A DNA stretch of 64,000 nt from the NCBI RefSeq assembly GCF_030144855.1, contig NC_082725.1:61194001-61258000 (forward strand), written 5' to 3'. The notes below the pieces were generated by a model, which saw nothing but the letters and a program-made list of their open reading frames with translations, was not told the DNA's origin and did no database searches. The DNA comes from Hypanus sabinus. Taxonomy: Eukaryota. Shown here piece after piece: positions 62,166 to 64,000 of the stretch; positions within the stretch are counted from its first letter, which is position 1; the number at the start of each line of letters is the position of its first letter. A program made the translations under genes and the position numbers.

Positions 62166-63319
62166 ATAGGTGTGAATCATACATAGCAAATATAGAGTTT
62201 AGTAACACAAAGAACATCTTGCCTCAAGGTATTTGAACAGATTTACAATTCATAGCAGTATTGTTAATGATCAAGGTGGAGGAAGCAGCTCAGAGAGTTT
62301 TGTGGCTGGAACATAGCCTGTTATACCTTTAGCCATGAACCTATGCAGTCCGTATTCTGTGCACTGGCAGCAAGACAATAGGAAGGAGGTTGCAAAGAAT
62401 TATAGGACTGGTAGAAGAGACAGGCGAAGGAGATGGGAAAGGGCTCTGGTTAAGACTGTATATTTATTGTGTATTTAATATTTCAATAATATTTGAATAA
62501 TCTTGTACATTTATTGGTTGATTAAGCATTCTAGCTTGTTTAAAGAATTAATTCTGGGTATAAGTATAAATATGTGAATTGCATACATCACCATTCTGTC
62601 ACCTGATACATGCATGCCTCACGAAGTTACACCCTCATTTCGGACTGGTGTGTCTTCCTTTGAATTAGTTTAATGTTTTCAAGTTACAAAACATAACAGT
62701 ATGCACAAGAGGTTCTGCAAACACTGAAAATCCAGAGTAACACACACAAAATGTTGGAGGAACTCAGCAGGTCAAGCAGCCTCTGTGGAAATGAATAAAC
62801 AGCTGAGACCCTACATCCACCTTCAGTTGATAGTGACCCAGGAACAATTGACTTTGGATAGAACAAGTTCAAGTGCGCAGCCAGAGGATTATGCACAGAT
62901 CCTTCAGCTGGGGATCGAGGTCCAAGTTCTTCCACCTCAGAGGCATTCTGGTCTGGTTCTGGTTAGATCTAAATGTTTTTCAGGGCACTAACCAGCACTG
63001 GTTCAGAAAGCAGACAGACTCTCTACTGCAAAGTTTCTGCAGTAGTGAACAGCAGGTCAGGTAGCATCCAAGAGAATGAGAAAGAGAGGTATTGGATTAT
63101 ACTTTATCTAGACACATATAGTATTTATCAGGGAGTGCTTTAGTGATGCTATTCATGAGTAGAGGCAGTATTGACTAGATGAAATCACAGAGTCTGTGTC
63201 ATCAGGGGGTACAGAGACCAGAGGGCATTGGAGGAGAGTCTGCTGTGACGGCAGGCCACAGTTCCTGGTCAAGGTGGATGGATGTAGCTTTTATTTCCAC
63301 TTCTTTATGTATCTGTGTG

Positions 63320-63575
63320 AATACAGGTAGGGAGAGTCTAAAACTAGAGGGCATGGGCTTAAGGAGAGGCAGTAAAGATTTAAAGAGGACCCGAGGGGTA
63401 GTTTTTCTGCTCAGAGGAGATGGGTGTATGGAATGAGCTGCCAGAGGAAGCTGTAGACATAATTACAGTTACAATGTTTGAAAGACATTTGGACAGCGAT
63501 TGTTTCAAGGGATATGGAACAAACACAGGTAGGTATGGATAGGTGTTTGTTTCTGTGTTGTATAACTGTATGACA
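63320..63575 (+). mobile_element. CR1 3' fragment
   Basis: aaaactagagggcatggg..tggaatgagctgccagagg. Confidence 0.75.
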
Positions 63576-64000
63576 CTATACATATTGGTGCCTTTACCAC
63601 ATATATATATTACCTTACAGAGCACTCTTTTGTTACTGCACTCTTCACTGTAGGAAAATTACTGACTGCTACAAAAACATTTTTAAAAATCATCATAATC
63701 TACTGGTTGAACATTTGAGGGGCACACTAAATCAACACAACCATTTTGTTCACATTCACTCCTCCAACAAGACAACTTTACATTATTTACACCGATCTAA
63801 TGAAAAAGCAATAGGCAAATTACCATTGGCCAATGAGAGGATGATGGTTCATTGAAGCTTGACCAGTCAGAATTTGACAATGCATCGTGCTGAAGTATAA
63901 GCAGAAAACACTGAAACTGCCCAATAGGCTGGATCGTATCTGTGGAGAGTGTTTCCACTATCTGTGGAGGTTATGTTTCAATTTAAAGATCATAACTGAT

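Noticed and set aside
62445-62698. Possible short solo LTR
   Set aside because: Ends in ..AACA, but I could not find a clear TG start or TSD
43400-64000. Exons of a downstream gene such as mak
   Set aside because: No kinase-like or other host-protein peptide recognised in the ORF track or by eye; short exons could have been missed

Overview
Vertebrate genomic DNA. The repeat landscape (CR1, Rex/Babar, Penelope, Tc1, V-SINE-like) points to a cartilaginous fish such as a ray or shark; this is inference. The only host gene I can support is a complete, intact 5-exon gcm2 (glial cells missing 2) on the + strand: CDS 13113-13205, 14760-15012, 22141-22253, 27967-28092 and 42523-43395, which is 1458 nt or 485 aa, with all junctions GT-AG. 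Its 5' end lies in a CpG-preserved domain (~7.2-15.1 kb). The rest is mostly decayed mobile DNA: many CR1 LINEs, RTE and Rex fragments, three Tc1 transposons, solo LTRs, a Gypsy RNase H remnant and a ~2.9 kb 35-bp minisatellite. The most interesting items are: an ERV-L-like (class III) retroviral gag/pol remnant in intron 4; short Penelope-derived insertions with 11-12 bp target-site duplications (TSDs) and hammerhead-ribozyme-like cores; a possible distal gcm2 promoter with a GC hairpin, together with a splice acceptor and uORF ahead of the start codon; inverted Tc1 copies flanking the in-frame exon 4; and a ~230 bp fold-back hairpin. I cannot claim a wholly new biological system from the sequence alone. 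Repeat boundaries are approximate unless a TSD or TIR is quoted.
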